DNA of 64,000 bases from Phycisphaerales bacterium (GTDB taxonomy: Bacteria; Planctomycetota; Phycisphaerae; WQYP01): assembly GCA_027451365.1 (NCBI GenBank), contig DAIDJN010000041.1, positions 25,679-89,678 on the forward strand. Reading direction: 5' to 3'. Positions within the stretch are counted from its first letter, which is position 1. Each line of letters begins with the position of its first letter. This document shows positions 10,190 to 20,706 of this stretch, piece by piece. A program made the translations under genes and the position numbers. The notes beneath the pieces were generated by a model. That model did no database searches. It was not told the DNA's origin and was given only the letters and a program-made list of their open reading frames with translations.

Positions 10190-11251
10190 TTATTTTTCAG
10201 TACCAATAGCCGCCTTGATCATTCGTCCGAATGCGGTGGGCTGATAATTCCAATTTTTGATCAACATCGGGCTTGCCTTTGGATGGAAACACCAGGCGCA
10301 CCAACTGATGTCATGACGTGCCGCGAAAGCCACAAGGCGCTCTCCAAACCGCACATTGGACGCATTGCCGCCGAATTCGTCGATAATCATGGGAACGGAC
10401 TTGGCGGCCTGTTCAAAGTTGTGTCGCCATTTATGTTTCCACGGATACACATGGCAATCATAGACAATATTAAATCCTTTCACGGCGAAACCATGGGGAA
10501 TGCCGAAGTCGTCATAAGCCCAGCCCAGCCCTCCGATGATGACAATGTTCTTTGCGCCGGCGCGACGAATGGTGTCGTATAACAACTGCATGCCCGCAGC
10601 ACGATAAGTGATCACACTTGTTTTGGTTTCCCCGGCGCAGGGGCCGCCGTCAAGCCAAAGCGGCCATGGAACGCCATGCGGCTCATTGTAGACGTCATAC
10701 AGCACGTTGGGAAAATGGCTGTATCGCCTGGCGACCGATCGCCAGAATCGCACCGCGCCAGGACCCGGCATGCGGTGCTGCCCCAGCCGCGACGGATGGC
10801 CCCCCATGTCCGTCCAGTGCAGATCAAACACCACATAAACGTGGTTTCTCGCGGCCGTGGCAATCAATTCATCAAGTATTTTCCGATAGTCCCGGCCGCC
10901 ATGCTTCTGGCCCGGCATTTGGCCGAACCATCTTGCGTCGGCGGTCGGTATGCGCACGATCTGGATGTGCCATTGTTTAATCGCCACCAGTAACGACCGG
11001 CGAATGTGGTCGCCGCCATTGCTCCATTCCATGCTCGGCAGGTCAACACCATGAAGTACAACGGTGTGGTTGGCGGCATTCAGCAGGCGATGCCCGGCCG
11101 TATGCAGCCGCATGAAGCCGATCGGATAGGGGCACGCCAGGGCGTGTGTGGGTGCCGCAATTCCAGAGGCTCCCTGCGCCCTATGCCCAACCCCAAAAAA
11201 TGTCAGACATGCAACCGCCTTAAGGCCTGCAATACCGATGTGGATTCGCAT
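10190..11251 (-). CDS. glycoside hydrolase family 5 (endo-beta-mannanase/cellulase-type), secreted
   Basis: Signal peptide plus GH5 hallmarks: VVFDLHWTD, and the catalytic acid/base in NVLYDVYNEPHG (NEP motif). Lies 3 bp upstream of the GH2 gene on the same strand. Confidence 0.6.
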   Translation of the reverse strand: MRIHIGIAGLKAVACLTFFGVGHRAQGASGIAAPTHALACPYPIGFMRLHTAGHRLLNAANHTVVLHGVDLPSMEWSNGGDHIRRSLLVAIKQWHIQIVRIPTADARWFGQMPGQKHGGRDYRKILDELIATAARNHVYVVFDLHWTDMGGHPSRLGQHRMPGPGAVRFWRSVARRYSHFPNVLYDVYNEPHGVPWPLWLDGGPCAGETKTSVITYRAAGMQLLYDTIRRAGAKNIVIIGGLGWAYDDFGIPHGFAVKGFNIVYDCHVYPWKHKWRHNFEQAAKSVPMIIDEFGGNASNVRFGERLVAFAARHDISWCAWCFHPKASPMLIKNWNYQPTAFGRMIKAAIGTEK

Positions 11252-11700
11252 GATTTTCCTTCGTCTTTTCTGGCCGAATGGACCGGAGTCCGCAGATTAC
11301 CATCGCACCGTTTGAGTTGCGTATGCCCTTTGGATCGACACGAATATACCCGTCAGCAGGCAAACCGCAAGAATAATGGGCGCAAAAACCAGTAGCCTAA
11401 GCGCAATTTTACCCATTTGGCGGATTCGATATACGGGTGGCCTTTCAACGCCGAATCATACCTCACGGACGCCGTATCCTTTACATCTGCTTCCAAAGTT
11501 ATCATCATGCTCCAGATGCTGGTGACGACAATAGATTCTCAATTTTGCAGGCCAGGCCTAAGTCGCAGTTCGTAAGACGGACACGATCAGCTTTGGTTAA
11601 CGGTAATAATCAGGCAGGCTACGCCAGCCACGGCAAGGTTGAGTTTGCAACCCAGCGACTTGGCGTGCACGGCGAGCCGCACCTTCGGCACTTATCGCGA

Positions 11701-14700
11701 TCAATGACCGGCGAGTTCGGGCCTGCCGCCAAACTGCTGTATCCTGGGCTGTGGCGCTCCAACTTTTACGCCGCTGATGGCAAAAATCGCGGTGTTGCCC
11801 GTTTTATTTGCCGATCCGTTAAACGTCAGTGATTCGAGCGTATCACCCGTCAGGTTAAGTCCACGGGTCACCGCAGGTGCCCCATTCACGTGGCCGGCAA
11901 GGTTTGCCATATTCAGGTAGGTTACATACCAGGCTGGGGTGCCGCTGGTGGGGGCGTTGATAGAGAAGTGGCTGTTGCTCACGATGAGCTTACCGATGCC
12001 GCGAATCGCCGCGCCATAACCATTGCCATCCGGCGTGGTGCCGCGGGATTGAATGTTGTACCAATCCGGTGCGGCGTAATCTGTGGTCACGGTCAACGAT
12101 TTTCCATCCTGATTGCGGAATCGCAGGGTTACGTTGCCAATGCCGTTGCCATAGGCGGAGGACGCCAAAATCGCCATGGAAGTGAACCGGGCGGCTGGCG
12201 TTAACACAAGATGCCCATTCTTTGGCCCTCCCCCCTTAAGAAACACTGAATTATTGGTGCCAAATGGCTGAAGCTGAAACACCGTGCCAAAGCTGGCGAT
12301 GCGACCATTCACCGGTAGCCCGCTGCCGACTGGTGCTCCCGCCAAACCCGCTTGATAAAAGACCGATCCGCCATCAAAGGTATGGCCGAAATACTTGCGA
12401 TCCAATGCGGTGCCAGCCACCGTCGGGATAGTATTTTTCACCACCAGATCCGCGTCATACCCACGGGCGCTAATCGGCTCCAGACGCTGTGCATAGAACC
12501 GTATATCGCCAACCTGCTGCACTCCGGTGCTGTTGCCGTTGGATGCCGTAAAGCCGATGTAGCCATCCATGCTTGAAAGAATATGCGAAAGCTGATGGGG
12601 AAGCGTATAGCTGCCATGAAACCGACTGGCTCCACGCTTAGCCTCAAATCGGATCGTTTTGGCGCCATCATAACGCACCACGACATCAATGGGGCCGCCC
12701 ACAGCGGAAAAGTCCACCGCGCCGGTTGAGCCAATATTCTTGCGTCTTAGCCCGTAGGTTTTGCCCCGCGAATAGGCTATCTGCAGCACCGACTTGCCGT
12801 TATTGTCTATGCCCAGTCCAAAGCTATTCTGCGGCGCTCGGCCATTGTCATCGGTGAATCCTTTGGCGGCGGCCGACTGGCCCCGGAACGGCATATGCTG
12901 TGTAAAACGGTTGTTCTGTACCGCGACGTAAAATCCGCCCTTGTCAGCCTTAAGCAGGTGATACTTGAACTTGAGCGTCCAGGGGCCGCCCACCGTCACG
13001 CGCTGTTGAAACCAGGCACGCGTCTGTTCGTCGGAGTTGGCGCCCGTGAGGACTAAACGGTTGTGAATACACCCGCAGCTTTTAAGTTTGACCATGCTTA
13101 TGTTCGGAACCCCCACGTTAAACGCCGCAGGGTTGCTGTTAAGAAGCAGGTTCTTCTGCGGCCATGCCGCACCACCATGGTTGATGGCCAAAAGATTCGC
13201 CGGCGTGTCCGTGGACATTGACGGCGGCACATCCTCCGGCGCAGACGCCCACTGCTTATTTGGGCTTTTACCCAGCGTTTCATGCAGAATTCCCCCCGCC
13301 ACCACGGCAGAGGAAGCAATCCATGGCTTATTAAGCTGGTGACCATCAAGCTCGGCGCTATGAATATACACGTTGCTGCCACCTGCGGGGGTTGCAGTAA
13401 TCGTGAAGGTACCCTTCGCGTAAGGCGCACCAAGTTTAATAACCGCCTTGCGGAATCGGGGGGTGCAAAGTTCCCACGTCGTATTGGGCCGGCCCGGGTC
13501 CACCATGTACAACCCCAATTGCGTGAGGACGTACCACGCGGACATTTCGCCACAGTCGTCGTTGCCGCCGCCAGCCAAACCGCCCGGCGTATTGGTGAAG
13601 CATCGGTCCGCCTCGGCGGACGCAACCTCTTGCGTGCGCCAGGGTTCAGTGGCATAGTCGAATAGAAATGGGGCTTGCAAGTCCGGTTCATTGCCGGCGT
13701 CGTAATGGTTGTCCTTAAAAAACTCGTCCAGTCTTTGGCAGAACGGGCGGTCGCCCCCGAGCAGATTGATCAGCCCCGCAACATCCTGGGGTACCAGCCA
13801 AATGTATTCCCATGCGGTACCTTCCACATAATGCGGCCCCCAAGTTGTCTTTTCAAAAAGGGGAACCCAGGCACCATTGGCCAAACGGGGTTGCATAAAC
13901 CGTGTGACCGGGTTGTACATTTCGCGGTACTGCTGGGCCCACTCACTTAGTATCGCCGCCTCGCGAAAGTGATGCCGTTCCCGCGCGATACCCGCCAACG
14001 CCGCATACGAAAGATCGTACTCCTCCGCCGATGCCACATTGCAACTGGCGGCAAAATGTTTTTTATGATGCAACTTGGCCATATGAAGCATGGCGGCATA
14101 GGCCCGCTTCATATCAAAATTATGAATGCCTGCATTCCACGTCGTGGCCATCACCACAGATAATGGATCCCCCACCATCACCGCACCGGGGCGGTTGGCC
14201 GCCGGCCATCGGCCAATAATGCCCGACTGCTTGGCCATTTCCACAATGGACTGCGCCATATCGCCCAGTTTCTTCGGCTCAATCATCGTCAGCAACGGCA
14301 CTTCGCTGCGGTATATGTCCCATCCCGAAAAATTGGCGTACATGTACTTGTGGCCCGCCGCGACATGATGAATTTTATTATCGTAGCCAATGTAACGGCC
14401 ATCAATATCATCAAACACCGTTGGATTAAGCAGGCAGTGATACAGCGCTGTGTAGAAATTGACGCGATGATTCCGCGACCCGCCAGAAACCTTAATTACT
14501 GAGAGCGCTTTGTTCCAGATGGCTTCGGCCGTGTTGCGATACCGGTCAAAATTCCAGCTTTGCATCTCCCCTTTGAGATTCCGCATCGCTCCCTTCACGC
14601 TGACAAACGAAATGCCCACACGCACTTCGATGGTTTGCGGCTGGCTGCTGGCCGCATAACTCACAAAAGCCCCAATCGCCGGCCTTTGCGTTTTCATGTT

Positions 14701-15426
14701 CGCCACTATCTGACCGGGAGTGATTTTGCCGCCCTTCCACATGCCCAATTGATTCGGCGCCTTGCTGAATTGCATGGCAAAGTAAACCGGCAGCGGAGGC
14801 CACGCGCTGCAAAATACGTCGCTGGTGACGTAACCGGTGAGCAGACGATGATCCACAAATTGGAGATGACATGGATAACTTTGGCTCGTCATCACATGGC
14901 TGATGGGCACAATAATATTGGCGGCTTTGCCCGCGGGAAAGGTGAACCGCGCCATGCCGCAACGCAGCGTCGTGGTCAGTTGGGCGTTAACACCCCAGGT
15001 TTTTTCAAAGACCTGGTAATAGCCCGGCAACGCGGTTTCGTTCTTATGGCTGTATAGAAAATGATATTGCGACGCGCGGGTTTTTACCGGTCCTGTGGTG
15101 GCGGTAAAAAACACATCGCCGTAATTCGTACAACCCGTGCCGCTAAGATGCGTCATGCTGAAGCCGTCTATGTGATGCAGATTGTAAACGTAACACGCAC
15201 CACCATTGACACGTTTGGGCGACATGTCCGGGCACAGCTGCGCCATGCCATTTGGCAGCGTCGCGCCGGGAAAAGTGTTGCCGCCCGAGGCGGTACCAAT
15301 AAACGGATTGACCAGTTTGATCAGCGGAGTGGCTGCGGCAGCAATGGGCAGCGGAGAAAACAAACTCGCCAAACCAGCCAGCAAAAGAACGCCAGCCGCT
15401 ACGCCTGCCTTGCCAAATCCATGCAT
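11701..15426 (-). CDS. glycoside hydrolase family 92 alpha-mannosidase with ~480-aa C-terminal extension (lectin/beta-sandwich-like domains)
   Basis: Signal peptide; N-terminal ~760 aa carry the GH92 motif FSMTHLSGTGCTNYGDV (GFSHTHxSGTG) and ETALPGYYQV. The C-terminal third is non-GH92 beta-rich sequence. Confidence 0.7.
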   Translation of the reverse strand: MHGFGKAGVAAGVLLLAGLASLFSPLPIAAAATPLIKLVNPFIGTASGGNTFPGATLPNGMAQLCPDMSPKRVNGGACYVYNLHHIDGFSMTHLSGTGCTNYGDVFFTATTGPVKTRASQYHFLYSHKNETALPGYYQVFEKTWGVNAQLTTTLRCGMARFTFPAGKAANIIVPISHVMTSQSYPCHLQFVDHRLLTGYVTSDVFCSAWPPLPVYFAMQFSKAPNQLGMWKGGKITPGQIVANMKTQRPAIGAFVSYAASSQPQTIEVRVGISFVSVKGAMRNLKGEMQSWNFDRYRNTAEAIWNKALSVIKVSGGSRNHRVNFYTALYHCLLNPTVFDDIDGRYIGYDNKIHHVAAGHKYMYANFSGWDIYRSEVPLLTMIEPKKLGDMAQSIVEMAKQSGIIGRWPAANRPGAVMVGDPLSVVMATTWNAGIHNFDMKRAYAAMLHMAKLHHKKHFAASCNVASAEEYDLSYAALAGIARERHHFREAAILSEWAQQYREMYNPVTRFMQPRLANGAWVPLFEKTTWGPHYVEGTAWEYIWLVPQDVAGLINLLGGDRPFCQRLDEFFKDNHYDAGNEPDLQAPFLFDYATEPWRTQEVASAEADRCFTNTPGGLAGGGNDDCGEMSAWYVLTQLGLYMVDPGRPNTTWELCTPRFRKAVIKLGAPYAKGTFTITATPAGGSNVYIHSAELDGHQLNKPWIASSAVVAGGILHETLGKSPNKQWASAPEDVPPSMSTDTPANLLAINHGGAAWPQKNLLLNSNPAAFNVGVPNISMVKLKSCGCIHNRLVLTGANSDEQTRAWFQQRVTVGGPWTLKFKYHLLKADKGGFYVAVQNNRFTQHMPFRGQSAAAKGFTDDNGRAPQNSFGLGIDNNGKSVLQIAYSRGKTYGLRRKNIGSTGAVDFSAVGGPIDVVVRYDGAKTIRFEAKRGASRFHGSYTLPHQLSHILSSMDGYIGFTASNGNSTGVQQVGDIRFYAQRLEPISARGYDADLVVKNTIPTVAGTALDRKYFGHTFDGGSVFYQAGLAGAPVGSGLPVNGRIASFGTVFQLQPFGTNNSVFLKGGGPKNGHLVLTPAARFTSMAILASSAYGNGIGNVTLRFRNQDGKSLTVTTDYAAPDWYNIQSRGTTPDGNGYGAAIRGIGKLIVSNSHFSINAPTSGTPAWYVTYLNMANLAGHVNGAPAVTRGLNLTGDTLESLTFNGSANKTGNTAIFAISGVKVGAPQPRIQQFGGRPELAGH

Positions 15427-15668
15427 ACAACCACACCTTAAAATGATTAAAACAAATACTTGTTCAAAATATAGGTTGTACCCCCGGAGGTGTCAAGCCG
15501 ATGACGCTCGGGTTCAGTATTCGGGTCGGCCAATATTCGCGCGCACCAACAGTTTTTGCCTTCTTAGGCGGCACTTGGGCAGTGACAAGGGCATTTCCTG
15601 TCTTCCAATCGAACGCGAGGCGACAAACTTTGGCTGCCCCCGGTGTTCCTGCTTACCAAGCAACCGCC

Positions 15669-16784
15669 TTAGGGTGAAATCAAGGGTGCACAGGTAGAGC
15701 CGCGCAGCTCCAACATTGTTGGAAGCAACTCTTTTTTGGGCGGCGGACTGTTCGCATGTAGTGATCTATGGACGGCGATTTCCGCAGCCCGGCGACCAAT
15801 CAGGTAGGGCTGCTGCCGCACAGAGGTCAAGGGTGGGTTAAGCCAGGCGGCGATATCCAGGTTACCGCAGCCAACAACCGACAAATCCCGCGGGATGACC
15901 AGTCCAAGTTGCGCCGCCATTCGGTAGCACACTTCGGCGATGTGATCCGTGGCTGCAAAAATCGCGGTCGGGCGCGGATTTTGGCTCAGCAATTGCATTG
16001 CATGAATTTCGGCGACATCGTCGGAGACTTCCACTGAAATACATGTTGCATTTCCAGCAAGGCGGATGGCTTCTTCAAATCCCCGTCGCCGCGCCGTAGC
16101 CCACGAGTGCACCTGCCGCCCCGCAAAATGGCCGAAGCGACGATGTCCCAGCGAAAGCAGATGCCTCGCCACCATTGCCCCCGCCATAGCCTCATCCGTT
16201 CCGACAAAACTGGCGTTGTGCTGCGGGTCCAACTCGTGATCAATCGTGACAATGGGGATGGTACGCGTCGAAAGTTCGGCAATGTGTGACATGTATTCCG
16301 CGTATAGCACCGCGGGAAACGGCCAGAGGATCGTACCATCTATGCGCCGGTCTATCATGCGGTAAATCTGGGCCAGGTCATCCCTGCGTTCGCTCACCGG
16401 GCTTTTATCTCGGCCGGGTTGATGCTGCGCCCAGAGCACCAGCGGCACATGGTCGTGCTCGGTTAAACAATCATGAATTCCATACAGTACCTGCGCCCAG
16501 TAAGAATCAAACGGGGGCACCATAACGCCAATCATCCCCGTTTTACCACTCTGGATGGCACGAACCAGAAGATTCGGGCGATACCCCAATTCATCGGCAA
16601 CCTCCAATATCCGCACGCGCGTGGCGGCCGCCACGCGGATAGGCTTGTCGCGAAGTATACGCGATACAGTGCCAATCGAAACGCCCGTGCGCTCGGCAAT
16701 GCGCTCCAGCCCGGCTAAGCCTTTTTTTCCGGATTGACGTCTGAAACGCTTACGGGTTTCGTTTAAAGGCGTTTTGGAAGGCAT
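15669..16784 (-). CDS. LacI-family transcriptional regulator
   Basis: N-terminal HTH (LERIAERTGVSIGTVSRILRDKPIRVAAATRVRILEVADELGYRPN) followed by a periplasmic-binding-protein-like sugar-binding domain. Sits upstream of, and on the same strand as, the GH92-GH5-GH2 genes. Start taken at MPSKTP. Confidence 0.75.
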   Translation of the reverse strand: MPSKTPLNETRKRFRRQSGKKGLAGLERIAERTGVSIGTVSRILRDKPIRVAAATRVRILEVADELGYRPNLLVRAIQSGKTGMIGVMVPPFDSYWAQVLYGIHDCLTEHDHVPLVLWAQHQPGRDKSPVSERRDDLAQIYRMIDRRIDGTILWPFPAVLYAEYMSHIAELSTRTIPIVTIDHELDPQHNASFVGTDEAMAGAMVARHLLSLGHRRFGHFAGRQVHSWATARRRGFEEAIRLAGNATCISVEVSDDVAEIHAMQLLSQNPRPTAIFAATDHIAEVCYRMAAQLGLVIPRDLSVVGCGNLDIAAWLNPPLTSVRQQPYLIGRRAAEIAVHRSLHANSPPPKKELLPTMLELRGSTCAPLISP

Positions 16785-17039
16785 TGACCAGCAACTCCGA
16801 AAAAACTTTCGCTCATGCCTGTGGGCAGTATTGCAATCCCAGATTGTGATAATCATAACCTTAAATTATTTTGGCATTCTACTATGTAAAGCTGCAAAGA
16901 GCAATTGGAGCAGTGCTGGCCCCAAGCGGATGTACGGGCTTTAAAGCCTGCATAAAACAGCGCTTATTGCGGGCAGGTTCACATCGTCAACGCAATCCGC
17001 TGGTGTGAATCAATCGAGCGATACTATTAAAAGTTGTGG

Positions 17040-17590
17040 ACGTGAGAAAAGCGGCGGCGTAACCTGAAGGTCAATTTCAATGTTCTCTCTTAAGAGTACG
17101 CCACCATGAGCAACATTATGACCGAAACTCTGAACTTTCAAAGCCCGGTCTGCAGCGATGCTCTGGCAGGGGTATACGCAATTGACGCAAATTGAAAAAG
17201 GCTTTAAGAACCTCAAGATCGATCTTAAAATCCGGCCCATTTACCATCTACATGAGCCGCGGATGGCGGTGCACATTCTGGTGGCGTTTATCGCGTATTG
17301 CCTGACGGCAACCCTGCAGTATGCAAACCCGCCAACATGCGCCGGAGCTTACCGCCCGGGCGGCGCTGGAACGGTCTGGCGGCAATTCAGATGATTGATG
17401 TGCACATACCCGCCACCGATGGACGCTGCCTTGTGCTGCCACGGTTTGCCGAGTCGGGGTCGGATCGGGCGTTCTTCCTTGAGAAACTCAAGCTGACGCT
17501 GCCGCGCAGCCTCCGCCCGAGATTTACGTCGGCCAATTGGTGGCTTTACAGGAAATTTTTGGAGACCCCGGAATCCCGAAATTAAGGGCG
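17040..17590 (+). pseudogene. decayed DDE transposase (IS4/IS1634-like) C-terminal remnant, frameshifted
   Basis: ORF 17158-17394 encodes TQIEKGFKNLKIDLKIRPIYHLHEPRMAVHILVAFIAYCL, the characteristic C-terminal block of IS4-superfamily DDE transposases. The reading frame then continues in a second frame (17298-17585). No intact transposase or terminal repeats were identified. Confidence 0.45.
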
Positions 17591-17669
17591 GTTTGGTTGT
17601 GGGGGCTTTCAGGGTACCCCCCGAGAAGCCTGTGCGGTCCCGCTTCAGGCGGTCTTGCGTTTTCGGCTC
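17579..17669 (+). repeat. 91-bp inverted-repeat copy A, a relic of a PEP-CTERM gene 3' end plus its 3' flank on the minus strand
   Basis: About 90% identical to the reverse complement of 21996-22086. The minus strand here encodes only ...LVSRKRKTA-stop, the last 9 codons of a PEP-CTERM protein, with no upstream gene body. Directly abuts the transposase remnant. Confidence 0.8.
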
Positions 17670-18031
17670 ACTAGACTTCAACAGATCACTGGTGATATCT
17701 GTTAAAACGCGACCCCTATCAATCGCGCCTTTGCTACCGCGATTACGTACTTAACCAAAATAGTGACTATAAATACAAATCCAGGCTTGTTTAAGGATAA
17801 TTCCGCTCTTTTCTCCGGCCACGGCAGGCTGATGTAATGACATCAACCGACAATTCAATTTAGCGAATTAAAGAGTCCTGCGTACGTTGAAATTCAGGTG
17901 TTAAAACAAAAACGCTCGTCGCGATACCGAATGGCTGGCCTAATCGATTTTGACTTGGTATAATATTTAACCACAGTGCTGCGAACCAGGACGCACGATC
18001 ACAATGCAACCATTGACTGGAGGTTTGCCTC

Positions 18032-20344
18032 TTGAATAATTGCTCTCATCGTTCCTTGTCGATTGCGGCCATCATTTTTACGCTGCTGGGACCCATTGCC
18101 ATGAGTCAAGCGGCAGCGCCTGTCGGCGCGCAGGTTTCCAGCAAAAAGGTAGTGGAGGCCATTCGCAAAGGAGTAAAGTATCTGCTATCCAGAGACAACC
18201 CCGGCACGCACTGGGAACAAGGTGTTGTCAACGGAGGCCCCAATGGCAAAATGATCCCCCAATATCCGGGTGAATCCGCTCTGGTTACCGAATCGCTCCT
18301 TGATGTCCAACAAACCCTGCATCTGCCGGAACTCAATATCTTTAAAAATCCGATGAAAAGCGCCATCAACTTTGTCGCCGAACATCATGCCAGCACAACT
18401 TATGTTGCCAGCTTTCAGGCCGCGGTCATGGGCCTGCTCCCCAAAAAAGCAAAGTATCGCAGAGTGCTTGATTGGGATACCAATTATTTATTGCGAAGCC
18501 TCAACCCGGACGGCAGCTACGGCTATATCGTATATCCGGCACCGCGCCGGGCAATCAGAAGAGGACGCAGGGTGCTTCACATGCACACCAATACTTCTGA
18601 TGGAGACAATTCCAACTCCCAGTATGGCATTCTGGGAATGTGGACCGCTGCGGATTACGGCTTAAGCGTGCCGGAAAAATACTGGAAGGTCTCAGCCAAT
18701 TACTGGCGCCGGACGCAGCAGCCCAATGGCACCTGGTGGTACGAGCCTGCGCGTATCGAACCTCTCCAGATGACCCCGGCGGGCGTTGCAAGCTTGCTGA
18801 TATGCGATGAATACCTGGGCCGCAGACACACCGATCGACGATTTAAAGACCCAAGCGTCGAGCTTGGCTTGCAATGGATTGATGCCCACTTTCCGCCGCA
18901 GTTGGCCGAAGAATACACCATGTACTGTTACGAACGCGTCGGCCTGGCTTCAGGTCTCCAACGCTTTGGCGGACACAATTGGTATGAGGATTTCGCCCGA
19001 ACCTTGCTCACGCATCAGCAGGTCAATGGAAGCTGGGTGACAACATTCTGGCCCAACCAGCATTATTGCCTGGGAACCGCCTACGCTTTGTTGATCCTGG
19101 ATCGTGGCCTTAACCCTGTATTTTTTAACAAGCTGCAATACGACAAGCCTTATTTTGGCGACTGGAACGCCCGCCAACGCGATGTCGCCAACATGGTGGA
19201 ATGGATCAGCAAAGAGACCGAAGCACCGTTAAATTGGCAAGTGGCCAATATCAACGCCCCCGTGAGCGATTGGCTGAACAGCCCAATTTTGTATATCAGC
19301 GGCCGCAAAGACCCGAAATTCACCCCTTCGCAGATTGCCAAACTTCGCCGCTATGTAAATGCCGGCGGTCTGGTCTTGTGTTCCTGCGACAACAACTCCC
19401 TGGCATTTAAGCGGGCAATGATCAAATACGGCCGCCAGGTGGTCAATAAACACTATGAGTTCCAGAAACTGACCAATAAAAACATGCTCTTTACCATGCA
19501 GCCCTGGTTTCACATGTCCATGAACATGCTGGCTCTGTCCAACGGTTCGCGCTATCTCTGGCTGGTATGCCCGAGCGACATGGGGGCGGTCTGGGAGCGG
19601 CAGGCCCTGAGCCAGAGGAACTTCTGGGAATTTCCACTTAATCTTTATCTTTATGCCACTGGCAAAGGCTCGCTCGCCGACCGCCTGCATTCAACGGCCG
19701 TGCCCCTGGCTGCCAAACCTCCCCTGCGAACTATTAAGATCGGCCTGGTGCAATATCCGGGCAACTGGAACCCGGAACCGGGGGCTTGGCCGCGGCTGGC
19801 TAAACTGCTGGCAACGAATGCCGGGACCGGCGTAATACTCTCAACCGTGGATATATCCGCCGCCGGCGCGGCCGATGCGGCCATCCTCCACCTGACCGGT
19901 ACCAACGGTTTGAACCTGTCGGACAAGGACGCCGCGGCATTGCGGCAGTATGTTCAAAAAGGGGGACTGCTGTTTGCAGATGGAACTGGTGGAAACGCGG
20001 AATTTGCCAATGGGTTTACGCAATTAATGATGAAGGCCTTTCCCCATCATCCGCTGCAACACATTCCAGATACGGCACCATTCATTACCGGCAAAGTGCC
20101 ATCCGGCGTGGATGCCGCCAAAGTGACCTACCGCAAGTATTACCTAAGCGCCAAGGGTATCAAACATAAGCCGGACCTCCTGGGCGTCAAGATCGGCAAG
20201 CGATGGGCCGTGATCTTTTCGCCCAACGATATCACCAGCGGCCTGCTGGGAACAAATACCTGGGGCATCCTGGGCTATACCCCAAAATCATCGATTGCCC
20301 TGGCACGCAACATTGTGGAATACGCCGGACAAAGCCGCAAGTAA
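18032..20344 (+). CDS. secreted 770-aa protein with prenyltransferase/squalene-cyclase-like repeats and an uncharacterised C-terminal domain
   Basis: TTG start with a GGAGG RBS and a signal peptide. N-terminal half has repeated Q/N-x-x-DGSW/Y motifs (SRDNPGTHW, LNPDGSYGY, QQVNGSWVT, QQPNGTWWY) typical of terpenoid cyclase/prenyltransferase alpha-alpha toroid repeats. The C-terminal ~250 aa have no motif I can name with confidence. Confidence 0.45.
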   Translation: MNNCSHRSLSIAAIIFTLLGPIAMSQAAAPVGAQVSSKKVVEAIRKGVKYLLSRDNPGTHWEQGVVNGGPNGKMIPQYPGESALVTESLLDVQQTLHLPELNIFKNPMKSAINFVAEHHASTTYVASFQAAVMGLLPKKAKYRRVLDWDTNYLLRSLNPDGSYGYIVYPAPRRAIRRGRRVLHMHTNTSDGDNSNSQYGILGMWTAADYGLSVPEKYWKVSANYWRRTQQPNGTWWYEPARIEPLQMTPAGVASLLICDEYLGRRHTDRRFKDPSVELGLQWIDAHFPPQLAEEYTMYCYERVGLASGLQRFGGHNWYEDFARTLLTHQQVNGSWVTTFWPNQHYCLGTAYALLILDRGLNPVFFNKLQYDKPYFGDWNARQRDVANMVEWISKETEAPLNWQVANINAPVSDWLNSPILYISGRKDPKFTPSQIAKLRRYVNAGGLVLCSCDNNSLAFKRAMIKYGRQVVNKHYEFQKLTNKNMLFTMQPWFHMSMNMLALSNGSRYLWLVCPSDMGAVWERQALSQRNFWEFPLNLYLYATGKGSLADRLHSTAVPLAAKPPLRTIKIGLVQYPGNWNPEPGAWPRLAKLLATNAGTGVILSTVDISAAGAADAAILHLTGTNGLNLSDKDAAALRQYVQKGGLLFADGTGGNAEFANGFTQLMMKAFPHHPLQHIPDTAPFITGKVPSGVDAAKVTYRKYYLSAKGIKHKPDLLGVKIGKRWAVIFSPNDITSGLLGTNTWGILGYTPKSSIALARNIVEYAGQSRK

Positions 20345-20677
20345 CCGCTGGACGCAGGGATCTGCGGGGAACATTAACTGCGGCGGCTGTTAACCATAAA
20401 GAAACCAAGCCGTAAAACAGTGATATCGTAATAAACACATAAAAAAAAGCACGTTTATAACGTCCGTTGAAATGGCCTCTGACAGCAATCTCGCATCAGG
20501 TTCGTACAAAAGTCTGTCTTGCTATCCGCCACCAGCGCTAGCAAATATAGACAAGCAAATAATGTTCGCAAAAAAGAAATATTATGATGTAATGGTTGTA
20601 TAATGTACCGCATCCTGTGCATTGCAGGGACGTTTCAGATGTTTGCTGGAAGTTGAAAAAAGCTAAAGTTTTTCCCT

Positions 20678-20706
20678 TGACAAGCAGGCTTTTGTAGCTA
20701 GAATGA
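20678..20706 (+). promoter_or_regulatory. candidate sigma70-type promoter (TTGACA, 16-nt spacer, TAGAAT) in an AT-rich island upstream of the PEP-CTERM gene
   Basis: ttcccTTGACAagcaggcttttgtagcTAGAATgaa sits inside a ~400-bp AT-rich tract (20400-20760) in an otherwise GC-rich window. The start codon is ~540 nt downstream, so a long leader is implied. Confidence 0.3.
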
